Below, one piece after another: positions 1 to 11,660 of a DNA stretch of 64,000 bases. The notes beneath the pieces are model-generated. The model saw only the letters and a program-made list of their open reading frames with translations. It ran no database searches and was not told the DNA's origin. Position 1 is the stretch's first letter. Every line of letters starts with the position of its first letter. The translations under genes were made by a program, and so were the position numbers. The DNA is from Octopus sinensis (lineage: Eukaryota), in the NCBI RefSeq assembly GCF_006345805.1, contig NC_043012.1, positions 25,110,001 through 25,174,000 of the forward strand, in the 5' to 3' direction.

Positions 1-1249
1 TCCTATAGTTAATTGCAGAAGAGTATAACTAGCGTATAAATAGAAAAAAAGCGTTCTGGCCAGTCTCAGTTTCTGATCATCATCGCCAAGAAGGAGCTAA
101 ATAAGGACCTACGTCAACGTCTTGTGCGTGCCCACAGTGAAGGAAAGGGTTACAAGGTCATTTCAAAGCAGTATGATGTCCCTGTGGCAACCGCCCAGAG
201 CATAATCAACAAGCACAAAAAGTTCAACACTGTTCAAAACCTTAGTGGGAGTGGCAGGAAACGTAAGTTGTCTACCAAACTTGCCAGGAAAATCTGCCGA
301 GATGTCAACAACAATTGCCAGACCACAATCAAGGCCCTAATTGAAACGCTGGACTTGGCAGCGATAAAGGAGCCACAGTCCACCATTAAGTGAATCTTGC
401 ACAGAGAAGGTCTCCATGGACTTAAGCCTCGGAAGACGCCGATGTACAGGAAGAATCATCTGGAGGCTCACCTGGCCTTTGCTCGATGTCATCTGAAGCA
501 AGATCTCAGTTTTTGGTCAACCATCCTATGGTCTGATGAGAGCATGTTGGAGTTATTTGACGATATGGGTGCTGAATACGTCTGGAGGAAGAAAGGAGAA
601 ACATACAAACCGAAGTACACTGTTCCCACCGTCAAGCCTGGTGGTGGGAACCTAATGCTATGGGGATGCTTGTCTTCCAGTGACACAGGGAACGTTGTCA
701 AGGTCCAAGGAATCGTTAGCTAGGAGGAGTACATCAGGACCCTTGATGAAAACGTGAAGGAATCTACCGAGAATCATATCCTCAAAGTAGTGAAGAAATG
801 GTTCAAGGACAATGATGTCAACGTCCTAGAATGGCCGAGTCAATCTTGACCTGAATCCGATCAAGAACGTGTGGTGAGATTTGAAAACCAGAGCGATGGC
901 TAGAAAACCGACCAACCTGACCCAGCTCGAGTCTTCGCCATGGGAGCTTGTGGAGACGTAAAAGAATTGTCTAGAAGCAGTCATAAAAAAAACAATGCTA
1001 TTGACTATTAAAGGAATATGTTGGACTCAGTAAACTTAGAATATGAATAGTTTTGAACATGGCAGTTTTTGAAAATCCATAAAGAACCATTGAAGTGAAG
1101 AATTTCTTGAATTGTGTATTGTTGTGGTTCTGGTCACTTGTTAGTCACTTGTAACTAATAAAAAAAACTTGACAAAATGCATTCATTTCATCATAAAAAT
1201 AAAAAATAACAAAAATTAACAAGGGTATGAATAATTTTGAAAATGACCA
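1..1249 (+). mobile_element. Tc1-family DNA transposon, decayed; 5' end outside the window
   Basis: Tc1 transposase frames followed by a right terminal repeat ending ...GGGTATGAATAATTTTGAAAATGACCA|TA (1218-1249), with an inner direct repeat at 1033-1064. Confidence 0.92.
82..1011 (+). pseudogene. Tc1 (DD34E) transposase pseudogene
   Basis: Paired-type HTH (KELNKDLRQRLVRAHSEGKGYKVISKQ, GRKRKLS), WSDE first Asp, VKPGGGNLMLWGC, EWPSQS-DLNPIKNVW and terminal LEAVI...AIDY*. Start is ATC at 82. There are stops at 391-393 and 721-723, frameshifts, a deletion of the QQDND segment and an E->K change at the catalytic Glu. Confidence 0.93.
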
Positions 1250-1338
1250 TATATATACATATCACACATGTTAATGCATAGGTGTGTATATGTATGTCGG
1301 GTACATTTGAGTGTGTGCATGTAATTATATATATATAT

Positions 1339-1627
1339 CACGTGATCACCTGATCGACCGGACTATTTGATGATTTTACACATCACTGGTCACAATGCAC
1401 TTTTTATCGTTTTTGCTCTGGAACGATGCCCCTCCGCTGGCTGGGTGACTGGGCCAACATTACCCCTGACCGGAAGGCTACTTCGTCGCAAGGTTTCCCA
1501 TTTACACTTGAATGGCCTGGAACAACGTGAAATTACGGTTTCGTTCAAGAAAACAACGCAATGCTTGGTTCGGAAAGCGAACGCACAACCTAGCGATCAT
1601 GAGTGCAATACCCTAACCACTAGTCCA
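1339..1627 (-). mobile_element. tRNA-derived SINE (head type D, tail type ii), diverged
   Basis: Minus strand starts TGGACTAGTGGTTAGGGTATTGCACTCATGATCG (A-box) and shares its head with 4078-4306 and 62145-62463. Its tail (CCAGCGG...GTGACCAGTGATGTG...GATCACGTG) matches 50128-50240. Confidence 0.7.
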
Positions 1628-1647
1628 TATTTGTATGTATATATACA

Positions 1648-2018
1648 TTGGCCGTGTGGTAAGTAGCTTGCTCACAAACCAAATGGTTCTGGGTTCAATC
1701 CCACTGTGTGACACCTTGGGCAAGTGTCTTGTACTATAGACTCGGGTCGATTAAAGCCTTGTGAGTGGATCTGGTAGAGGGAAACTGAAAGAAGCCCGTC
1801 GTATATATGTATATATATATATTTGTGTCTGTGTTTGTCCCCCCCCCAACATCGCTTGACAACCGATGGTGGTGTGTTTATGTCCCCGTAACCGAGCGGT
1901 TCGACAAAAGAGACGTATAGTACTAGGCTTCCAAAGAATAAGTCCTGGGGTCGATTTGCTCGACTAAAGGCGGTGCTCCAGCATGGCCGCAACCAAATGA
2001 CTGAAACAAGTAAAAGAG
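1648..2018 (+). mobile_element. SINE family A (tRNA head, CORE-like CCTTGGGCAAGT motif, internal microsatellite)
   Basis: GTGTGGTAAGTAGCTTGC...GGGTTCAATCCC...ACCTTGGGCAAGTGTCTT...GGAAACTGAAAGAAGCCCGTC-(TA)n-...ATGACTGAAACAAGTAAAAGAG; many copies in the window. Confidence 0.9.
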
Positions 2019-2673
2019 GAGCACAAATATTCCTTTAGTAATAAAAAAGGTCTATTTTTACCAAAAATATGCTCTCAATATGATGATGTTCATTGTTTTT
2101 TTTTTAATCTATAGTTTAGTTTGGCGCAAATCAATTTTTGTGTTGATTCAAGTATTCAGAAAATTCTGTTATCTTATAAAATAGGAGAAATAAATGAAAC
2201 CAAGTGACAAAGAAAAAAAAGAAAATTCCCCCAAAAGACAGTAAAAAAAAACCTATTGCTTACGCGCGTGCATATCTTATTCCTAAATATCTTTCATCTG
2301 CATTGCAACGCTGCAAAATATTTGCATCACACTACAAATGTACTATTGCTTCTAAAACTAAAACAAACAACTAAAAACTAAACAACTAAAAACAGTTGGT
2401 TATTCTTCCACATGTGAACACTGAAACATCCATCCGTCCATTTATCCATCCATCCATCCATACACACACATACACACGCACTCGCACACACACATACACA
2501 CACATATATAGAAAAGATAAAGTCGAAAAATTGCTTTAACCTAACAGAAAAAGATGTTGCTACCTACTTCTATGGAATTATCAAGATGTATTGTTTCCTC
2601 GATATACGTGATATTTTTATCCTAAAAGCTAAGATTAAAAAAAATTTGGTTAACTAAGAGTACGTCAAGTGAT

Positions 2674-2685
2674 ATTCTTCTTCTT

Positions 2686-2759
<74 letters not shown>

Positions 2760-2767
2760 CATCATCA

Positions 2768-2828
<61 letters not shown>
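2674..2828. repeat. Compound (TTC)n-(TTA)n-(ATC)n-(ATT)n microsatellite
   Basis: Directly visible; source of the poly-I/L/N/R ORFs. Confidence 0.98.
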
Positions 2829-2831
<3 letters not shown>

Positions 2832-2834
2832 TAA

Positions 2835-3056
2835 GGCGGCGAGCTGGCAGAAACGTTAGCACGCTGGGAGAAATGCTCTGTGGTATTTCGTCCGCCGCTA
2901 CGTTCTCAGTTCATATTCCACCGAGGTTGACTTTGCCTTTCATCCTTTCGGGGTCGATTAAATAAATATTAGTGAAACACTAGGGGTGATGTAATCGACT
3001 AGTCCTCTTCCCCAAATTCCAGGCCTTGTGCTTATAGTAGAAATAATTATTATTAT
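2835..3056 (+). mobile_element. SINE family B (monomer) with (ATT)n tail
   Basis: GGCGGCGAGCTGGCAGAAACGTTAGCACGC...TTTGCCTTTCATCCTTTCGGGGTCGAT...CAGGCCTTGTGC...GTAGAAATAATTATT. Confidence 0.88.
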
Positions 3057-3225
3057 CCTTGTTGTTGTTGTTGTTGTTGTTAAACAAAACGAAGTAGATT
3101 GATAAATGTATTTTTTGAACCAGTTGAAGACACAGAGATTGTAGAAATATCGTTCAATAGATAACAATGGCACTCTTAATTTTGACTCTATATCTTCAAG
3201 AGGAGTTACCTCAATCCATTCTATA

Positions 3226-3279
<54 letters not shown>

Positions 3280-3719
3280 TATTATTATTATCATTATCAT
3301 TATTATTATTATTTTCGTTATCATCTTTCAATTCTGTTTCTATTTCTTGCCGAGTGCCTTCCTGACACATTGGACAGAGAAATGCACTGTATACATTGGC
3401 AGGCCATTACAATAAACATACGAGATTGTTCATTTACAAAGTCATGTGATGGAGAAAAAGGCGAAAAAAGACAGAGAGAAAAAGGGGGGAAATAAATAGA
3501 AAGTAAACAAAGAAAATAAAGGGATAAAAAAGGAAAGAATATATATATATATTATATCTCCTTTACATACATTCTTTTAGGTTCAAGGCAGTGCCCTAGT
3601 ATGGCCTCAATCCAATTAATAAAACAAGTAAAAAGATATGAAGATGCATTCTTATTGCGTTTTGCCATTTTAGAGATGAAAGTATCGGGGAATTTATGAC
3701 AAACCAAAGATTTGAATCA

Positions 3720-3878
3720 GGTGTAGGCATGGCTGCGTAGTAAGGAGTTTGCTTCTCAACCCCATGGTTCCGGGTTCAGTCTCACTGCGTGGCATCTTGG
3801 GCGAGTGTCTGCTACTATAGCCTCAGGCCGATCAAAGCCTTGTGAAAGGATTTGGTCGACGGAAACTGAAAGAATCCC

Positions 3879-3921
<43 letters not shown>

Positions 3922-4052
3922 AAGGTGGTAATGTGTTTGCGTCTCCGTAACTTAACGTTTCGGCAAAAGCGAATGATAGAATAAGTACCAGGCTTAACTG
4001 AAATGTTTAGTCTGGGATCGATTCATTCGACTGAAAATTCTTCAAGGCGGTG
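3720..4052 (+). mobile_element. SINE family A
   Basis: Same head, CORE-like motif and GGAAACTGAAAGAATCCCG-(TA)n; 3' end diverged. Confidence 0.85.
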
Positions 4053-4077
4053 TTTATAGAAGACCACTATAGTTACA

Positions 4078-4306
4078 CATGCGTACCAGACTCCCCTCTC
4101 TACGCTACTGGTGTTATCCAAGGGAAAGGCAAAGGCTGAGACAAGTTGGCACCAGTGACGTCACAACTCATTTCTACAGATCAGTGAACTGGAGCAACGT
4201 GAAAAAAAGTGTCTTGCTCAAGTACACAACACACAGCCCGACCCGGGAATCGAACTCCTGCTTTATGATTGCGAGCCCGACGCTCTAACCACTTAGCCAT
4301 GCGCTT
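4078..4306 (-). mobile_element. tRNA-derived SINE (head type D), 3'-truncated
   Basis: Minus strand GCGCATGGCTAAGTGGTTAGAGCG...GGAGTTCGATTCCCGGG (A/B boxes)...GAGCAAGACAC...GTGACGTCACTGGTGCCAA; homologous to 62145-62463. Confidence 0.85.
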
Positions 4307-4729
4307 TCAATATTGTTATGGTCATACACCATTAAATCATACCCCGCTTCCACCAGCTTTAAAATGATACTGAAAGGTCTCGAGTAGAATTATATAAATC
4401 AAAGGTCAGCGCAAGCTGTATTAGCATTTCATTCGCTTTTTTCTTCTTACGAAGGCTAAGATTTACTTGTTCAATAATTATAAATCCCACCCCATCTCGC
4501 TCTCTTTCTACATCTATCCGTCCGTCTCTTGCTCGTTCGTTCACTTTTTATCTTCGATTTTACCGACGTCTAGATATAAATCCATACATAAATGAATAGC
4601 TAAGCTGATTAAGAGATTGGAGAACATGTCTTTTACGAATTATCAGTTCAACCAGACTGTAGGTAGTTCCCTATCCTTTATCTATATTCACTTCGTTCTT
4701 TAGATATTAAAAGCAGGACCCAGTTCGAG

Positions 4730-5075
4730 GTGGTCCTCTCACTGAGCACGGTGCACCAGTTAGATTACCTAGGTACTAGAAATATGTACTTGCGCTCTGT
4801 GGTTCTGTCTCAGGTCATATTCAACGAGTCAATTCACCTAGCTGACAATAATACAATGTGGTCAACGTGGTTCTGTCTCAGATCACAGCTTGTCAGTTAT
4901 TCTATCTAGAAGTCAGAAAAATCTATTAGATCAATATGTTTCTGTCTCGGCCATTACTCCACATATCAGTTAATCTAGCTGTCATTAAACGGTTGTAAAT
5001 AAAATGTTTTGGACTCAGAGAAAAATCCATTTACCAATTTATCTAGGTGTCAGAAATAAGTACAAATCAATTTAG
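4730..5075. repeat. Degenerate ~68-69-bp tandem array, 5 units
   Basis: Motif (G/A)TG(G/T)T(T/C)CTGTCTCAG-like at 4730, 4799, 4867, 4936 and 5004, each followed about 38 nt later by (A/C)(T/C)CTAG..GTCA-like boxes. Confidence 0.75.
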
Positions 5076-5104
5076 TTAAGTTAGAGATATGCGTGAGTAT
5101 GTGC

Positions 5105-5154
<50 letters not shown>

Positions 5155-5157
5155 ATG

Positions 5158-5192
<35 letters not shown>

Positions 5193-5584
5193 ACGTGTGT
5201 GTACGCGCATGCAAATGTTTTAGTAAAGCAAATTATTGGTCGTGCTATAGAAAGAAGATTCAATTGTTTGATTACTAGATTTTTCTCTCTGTGACAACCA
5301 AATTGAAATTGCCTTGACTAGTCTCAGCACTTCGGAGATCGATTACAGAAATTCTGACCTCAGGGAGATTTGTTGCAATGTATGTTTACAGAATACAAAA
5401 ATACGGGTAGAACTGAATTGGTGTGCACTAATTTGTATGAAGTTGGTAACTGAAATTCCTTAATTATAAAAAAAACCAAAAAACACACAAAACACTCTAT
5501 TGAAAGTGAAGCAATGTAGACTTAGAAATATGTTATTTTCATAGTCACAGTATCACAGTCACAATAGCAAACGTATAACCAACA

Positions 5585-5841
5585 TATATGTACATACATA
5601 AATAATCATATATATAATATATATTATATATATATATATTATATATATATATATATATTATATATATATATATATATACATATATATATACATATATATA
5701 TATACATAATATATATATATATGGTATGTATATGTATATATATATAGTATATAATAGATATATATATATATATAATATATATGTACATATTGTATGTGTA
5801 TATAATATATATATTATATAATATATATAATATGTATATAT

Positions 5842-5891
<50 letters not shown>

Positions 5892-6000
5892 TATTGTATG
5901 TGTTATATATATATATATAATATATATAATATATGTATATATATATTATATATATATATATATATATATTAATATATATAATATATATATATATATATTT
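5585..6000. repeat. Interrupted (TA)n array
   Basis: Directly visible. Confidence 0.97.
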
Positions 6001-6004
6001 ATGC

Positions 6005-6190
6005 TGCTATGATTGACCTCTACAGCCACAAGTTCTTAGTCTCCCTATTTATTTTCTCCTTTCCTTTCTGTTGAAGAGCGTAGGCTCGAAACCTAAAAAA
6101 CTTTCTCACCTTCCCAAGTGTCAAACTAATACACCTACTTGTTGTTTATAAACCTATCGTCCTCATTTGTTTTTCTGTAAATTTCAACTA
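6005..6190 (+). mobile_element. (TA)n-embedded Penelope-like short repeat, family F, with degenerate hammerhead core
   Basis: CTGTTGA-A-GAGCGTAGGCTC-GAAA at 6068-6091; homologous copies at 18506, 52826 and 58555. Confidence 0.65.
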
Positions 6191-6226
6191 TATATATATA
6201 TATACTTGTCTCTCTCTCCACTCTCA

Positions 6227-6259
<33 letters not shown>

Positions 6260-6261
6260 TT

Positions 6262-6494
6262 TATTATTTTACTTGTTTCAGTCATTTTAACCTCGGCCAT
6301 GCTGTAGCACCGCCTTTAGTCGAGCCAATTGACCCCACCACTTATTCTTTGCCAGCCTAGTACTTATCCTATAGGTTGCTTTTGGTCGATTAAATAAGTG
6401 CCAGTTACGCACTGGTTTCGATGTAAACGACTTAATCACTTTGTCTGTCCTTGTTTGTCCCCTCTATGTTTAGCCCCTTCTGGATATTAAAGAA

Positions 6495-6495
<1 letters not shown>
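6262..6495. mobile_element. Chimera of a SINE A 3' end (minus) and a SINE B 3' part (plus)
   Basis: TTTACTTGTTTCAGTCATT...CTAGTACTTAT, then GGTCGATTAAATAAGTGCCAGTTACGCACTGG...TTAGCCCCTT. Confidence 0.7.
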
Positions 6496-6527
<32 letters not shown>

Positions 6528-6536
6528 ATATATATA

Positions 6537-6822
6537 CAACAACAATTAAATTAAATTTGTCAAAAATATTTTCTCGCTTTTGAGATAGCGACCTGTTCAC
6601 TGACAAAACTTCGTGCAGCACGAAGTTTTGTCAGTGAACAGGTCGCGGTCTCTCAAAGCGCGGCGAAAATATTTTGACAAATTAAATTTAAATGTTGAAA
6701 GTTGAATCTAACGGTGTTGTGTGTTTCTGAAATGGCTTATAAAACACTTCCACGCATGCAATTGTTTTCGATCCAGCACACGATCTCAGATCAAGTCACT
6801 CGCTATGCAATTACATCTCCGT
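6537..6822. repeat. Fold-back (palindromic) repeat element between (TA)n arrays
   Basis: Arms ~6537-6614 and 6618-6700; the inner 28 bp GCGACCTGTTCACTGACAAAACTTCGTG are perfectly inverted around a 3-nt loop CAG. Confidence 0.85.
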
Positions 6823-6854
6823 AATATATATATATATATATATATGTATACATG

Positions 6855-7240
6855 CTCAGGTGTGGCGTTGTGCTTAGTAACTCGGTCGCCAACCACAGGG
6901 TTCCGGGTTCAGCCCCAATACGCCTTGGACAAGTGTCTTCTACTATAGCCTCAAGTGCTCCGAAGCCCTGTGAGTGGACTTCGTAGACGGAAACTGAAAG
7001 AAGCGCGTCGTATATATATGTTTGTATATGTTTGTGTGTTTGTGTTTGTCCCCCCACCATCGCTCGACTACCGATGTTGGCGTGCTTACGTCCCCGGAAC
7101 ATAGCGGTTCAGCAGAAGAGACCGATTGTATAAATACTAGGCTTACGAAGTATAAGTACTGGGGTTTATCTGTTGGACTAAACGCTGTGCTCCAGCGTGG
7201 CTGCAGTCAAATGACTGAAACATATAAAAGAATAAAAGAA
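6855..7240 (+). mobile_element. SINE family A
   Basis: Full head-to-tail match to 8036-8443. Confidence 0.88.
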
Positions 7241-7390
7241 TATACGTGTTTTGTAATTTGTATGGAGTATGAATTGAAAGAACTGTATGCAATATCAAAC
7301 TGCTAATAAATTACTTTTATCCATTAAATCTCTCCATTTTCTTGCATAATAATATTTGATATTTACAATATATTTATTGAAGAGATATCT

Positions 7391-7729
7391 CTCTTTACTC
7401 TTTTACTTGTTTCAGTCATTTGACTGCGGCCATGCTGGAGCACCGCCTTTAGTCGAGCAACTCGACCCCGGGACTTATTCTTTTTGTAAGTCCAGTACTC
7501 TTTCTATCGGTCTCTTTTTGCCGAACCGCTAAGTGACGGGGACGTAAACACACAAGCATCGGTTGTCAAGCAATGCTAGGGGGACAAACACAGACACACA
7601 AACACACACATATGCATATATATATATACATATATACGACGGGCTTCTTTCAGTTTCCGTCTACCAAATCCACTCACAAGGCATTGGTCGGCCCGGGGCT
7701 ATAGCAGAAGACACTTGCCCAAGATGCCA
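7391..7729 (-). mobile_element. SINE family A, 5'-truncated
   Basis: Reverse complement of the family A body and (GAGTAAAA) tail. Confidence 0.9.
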
Positions 7730-8035
7730 ATATATTAAACCAGCGTAACGTGGATGGAAGCCTTCTTTTATTCAAATATTTCATATTATAACTGTTTAGG
7801 TAGAAGTCTTGCTCACCACTTCATTATTACTGCTTTTAACACTAATAATGCTTTTATATATTTGCTTTTTTTATTGTTTACGATAGTTTTCTCTTTAAAG
7901 GGAGCGGTACGTTTAAAGCTAAAAAACGCTCACGAGTTGACGTAGCGAATATTTGGGAAATACATGTTGCTATCTCCAACTGATGTTAATTAAATTGATA
8001 TCTAATTTCTCACCCTCATTTTAAATTATGTATAT

Positions 8036-8443
8036 AGGAGTGGCTGTGTGGTAAGTAGCTTGCTAACCAACCACATGGTTCCGGGTTCAGTCCCACTGCG
8101 TGGCATCTTGGGCAAGTGTCTTCTGCTATAGCCCCGGACCGACCAATGCCTTGTGAGTGGATTTGGTAGACGGAAACTGAAAGAAGCCTCTCCTATATAT
8201 GTATATATATATAAGTGTGTGTGTATATGTTTGTGTGTCTGTGTTTGTCCCCCTAGCATTGCTTGACAACCGATGCTGGTGTGTTTACGTCCCCGTCACT
8301 TAGCGGTTCGGCAAAAGAGACCGATAGAATAAGTACTAGGCTTACAAAGAATAAGTCCCGGGGGTCGATTTGCTCGACTAAAAGCGGTGCTCCAGCATGG
8401 CCGCAGTCAAATGACTGAAACAAGTAAAAGAGTAAAAGAGTAA
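8036..8443 (+). mobile_element. SINE family A, near full length, young
   Basis: AGGAGTGGCTGTGTGGTAAGTAGCTTGCTAACC...CAAGTAAAAGAGTAAAAGAG; nearly identical to 23100-23493. Confidence 0.92.
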
Positions 8444-8969
8444 TACATACACGCAAACGTTCAAACACACGCCTACATACTCACACGCACACACATACAC
8501 TCATAGATATATTTGCATGCGTTTTCGTGGAAGGTCGCATATACTCATGAAACTCTTTTATTCCAACTGTGTAGCGTCTCTTAAAATTCTACGTTGGTAA
8601 TTAGTTAGTTGCTCACAGCGAAGTCTTACGTGCGGTTAACATTATTCAAGAGGATCATTCGGGGACTGAATTAAATAAGGTTCTAGGAGAATACAGAAAT
8701 TTAATGAAGTAGAAACAATGTAGAGCATTGTTGCTGGTGTGGCAGGTTGAAAATGTTGATGGATTAGCAATATTGATTAAGAGTGGGCGGATTAGCAATT
8801 GCATAGCGGAATGGTAAGAATGAACGGTAAGATGTATCTTAGATATGTCTAATTTGAAGTGATTTACTTCGATTAGACTGTGCGCAGTTTTAATCAAATC
8901 ATATATATGATGCATGCATCTCATTATAGATATTATTGTGATTGTTCTTTACTTGTTGTTGTTCTGGTT

Positions 8970-9955
8970 AAGGCTGTGAAATGCGGCGAGCTGGCAGAAT
9001 CGTTAGCACGCCGGGCGAAATGCGTAGCCGTATTTCATCTGCCGTTACGTTCTGAGTTCAAATTCCGCCGAGGTCGACTTTGCCTTTCATCCTTTCGGGG
9101 TCGATAAATTAAGTACCAGTAAAACACTGGGGTCGATATAATCAGCTTAATCTGTCTGTCTGTCCTTGTTTGTCTCATCTGTGTTTAGCCCCTTGTGGGT
9201 AGTAAAGAAATAGGTATTTCGCTCGTCGCTACGTTCTGAATTCAGATTCCGCCGAGGTCGTCTTTGCCTTTTTTCCTTTCGGGGTCAATAAGATAAGTAC
9301 CAGTGAAATAATGTAATCGACACACGCCCTTCCCCTAAATTTCAGGCCTTATGCCTATAATAGAAAGGATTATTAAGGTGGTGAAAGGCGGCGAGCTGGC
9401 AAAATTGTTAGCGCGCCGGTCAAAATTCTTAGCAGCATTTCGTCCGTCCTTATGTTCTGAGTTCAGATTTTGCCGAAGTCGACTTCACCTTTCATCTTTT
9501 CGTGATCAAAGGGGACGTCGTATTCAACTAGACTCCTCTCCGAAATTCCAGGCCTTGTGCCTATAGTAGATGGGATTATTAAGGCGGTGGAAAGCGGCGA
9601 ATGGTGGGGAGCTGGCAGAATTTTGATCATGCTTGATAAAATATTCACCGGCAATTACGTTCTGATTACAAATGTCGCTGAAGTCAACTTCACCTGTTAT
9701 TATTTCAGAGTAGATAGAATAAGTGTTAGTTGAACACTGCAGTCAGCGTAATCGCCTTATCCTCCAACCAAAGGATTGCTGGCCTTATGCCAAAATTTGA
9801 AACCATTATTAAGGCATCGAAATGGCACAGTCGATATTGCACCGGACAAAATGCTAAGCAGACAAAATGCGTACAAGTCTAGAACTAGAGTCGATGTAAT
9901 TGACTTAACCCGCCCCCGAAATTGCCTGGCCTTGTGCCAAAATTTTAAGCACTTA
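8970..9955 (+). mobile_element. Head-to-tail cluster of about four SINE family B copies (first is dimeric)
   Basis: Repeated AAGGC(G/T)GTG(G)AAAG(G)CGGCGA..GCTGGCA starts at ~8970, 9375, 9581 and a partial copy at ~9811, each following the ...GGATTATT tail of the previous copy. Confidence 0.85.
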
Positions 9956-9967
9956 TTATTATTATTA

Positions 9968-10029
<62 letters not shown>

Positions 10030-10041
10030 CATTATTATTGT

Positions 10042-10500
10042 GTGAGAGAGCAGTGCATGCCATCAAAGTGACACTGGGGTAAAATATACGAAGCCCAGTA
10101 TACCCATCATGATTACCCGTCTGATAAGGGTACACCAGGCACATGCATCACAACTATATGTGCGCGACATGGTGATCTAATATCAAGATAAACAGCGCAT
10201 GATTTTGCAGGTGGGGCCCAGTTAGAATTTTCTTCTGGTCGAGTAGCCCATCCCGCTCAAAAAGGTCCCTGAATAAGGATTGTTTAAGGATATTGAACGA
10301 ACCACCCATGTTTCCAAAGGTGAACTATCCAAGCCTCCAAGAATTCCTTTCAACACGCGAATATGATGCTTCCCCACTACATTTGCTCATGATCAGAGAT
10401 GCACATATCGTCAGCCACTAAGGGACATGGTCAACTGGTTATGGTCAAACAACTGACAAGCAAATCTGTGGTATTGAGTGGAATATTTGCTGTAGCCCAT
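10042..10500. repeat. Unclassified GC-richer ~460-bp insertion within an (ATT)n array
   Basis: Sharp compositional change flanked by (ATT)n on both sides; no second copy in the window. Confidence 0.4.
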
Positions 10501-11338
10501 CTATCATTATTATTATTATTATTAAAGAATCAATAAGAAGAGTCCGACTGCTATCGAATTAAGAATATTACGACACCCAGTGTGCCTTCCAGAAGTTCAA
10601 AATATAAACATCTCAATCTATTTCATATTGGTAATAAAGGACCATTTTATCCTGTTTTAGAATTGTTAGCTGGGCATAAGTCGTAAATGTATATAAAGGA
10701 ATGTTGATATAACTTTGCTGCTTATATAGCTACAGACAGTAACATTTTTTGTGCGTTACCAATATTTTTATATATTTTACGGAAATTGTATACATAATAT
10801 TGAAAACAGTTTTGTCCTCCGGCCATTTATCTATAAAATGCAAATATCGATTTATGAAAAGAATTTTAATTCCTTGCGGCAAAAACAATAAAATTAATAA
10901 TCAAAATCAATTTCGTTTTCTTTAAAGAGATACTAAATATATTTCATATCACTAACTATGATTAATTTAATTTCTATCTTCATAAATTATACAAGATGAT
11001 ATGGAATTAATTATTCTTTCTTTTTTTTTTTTTCATTTTCGTGTCTTATTTGGTAAATCATTAATTATATTAAAGTTTAGATACGATGATAAGATTAATG
11101 CAGTTTATGGTGATTTTGAATTAAAATTTTCTATGAATATATACATATATACATACGTATATATATATATACACACACATATATACCTACACACATATAC
11201 ATATATATATAAGTGTATTTACATGCATGTGTATATGTTTATTATTTATATGTATGTGTATGCATGCATGTATGTATGCATATATATATATATGTATGTA
11301 TATATATATATATATATATAATATATATATATATATAT

Positions 11339-11373
<35 letters not shown>

Positions 11374-11588
11374 GTATGTTATATATATATTATATATATA
11401 TATAATATATATGTATATATATATTGAATATATGTACATACATGTATGAAAAATAAATCTATGTACATGGATATATTTATATATATACCTATACGAATTT
11501 AGTTTACATTAAGTATAAATGCATATACACACACATACATATATATACATGCATACCTCATTTTCCTTCTCCCTCTGATTTATGTTTT

Positions 11589-11660
<72 letters not shown>

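Noticed and set aside
533-560. CTGATGA inside the Tc1 transposase
   Set aside because: It encodes WSDE; no stem II or GAAA follows.
4730-5075. CRISPR-like or LRR-coding interpretation of the 68-69-bp array
   Set aside because: The conserved boxes are short and degenerate, the context is eukaryotic with no cas genes, the period is not a constant multiple of 3, and stops occur in the frames examined.
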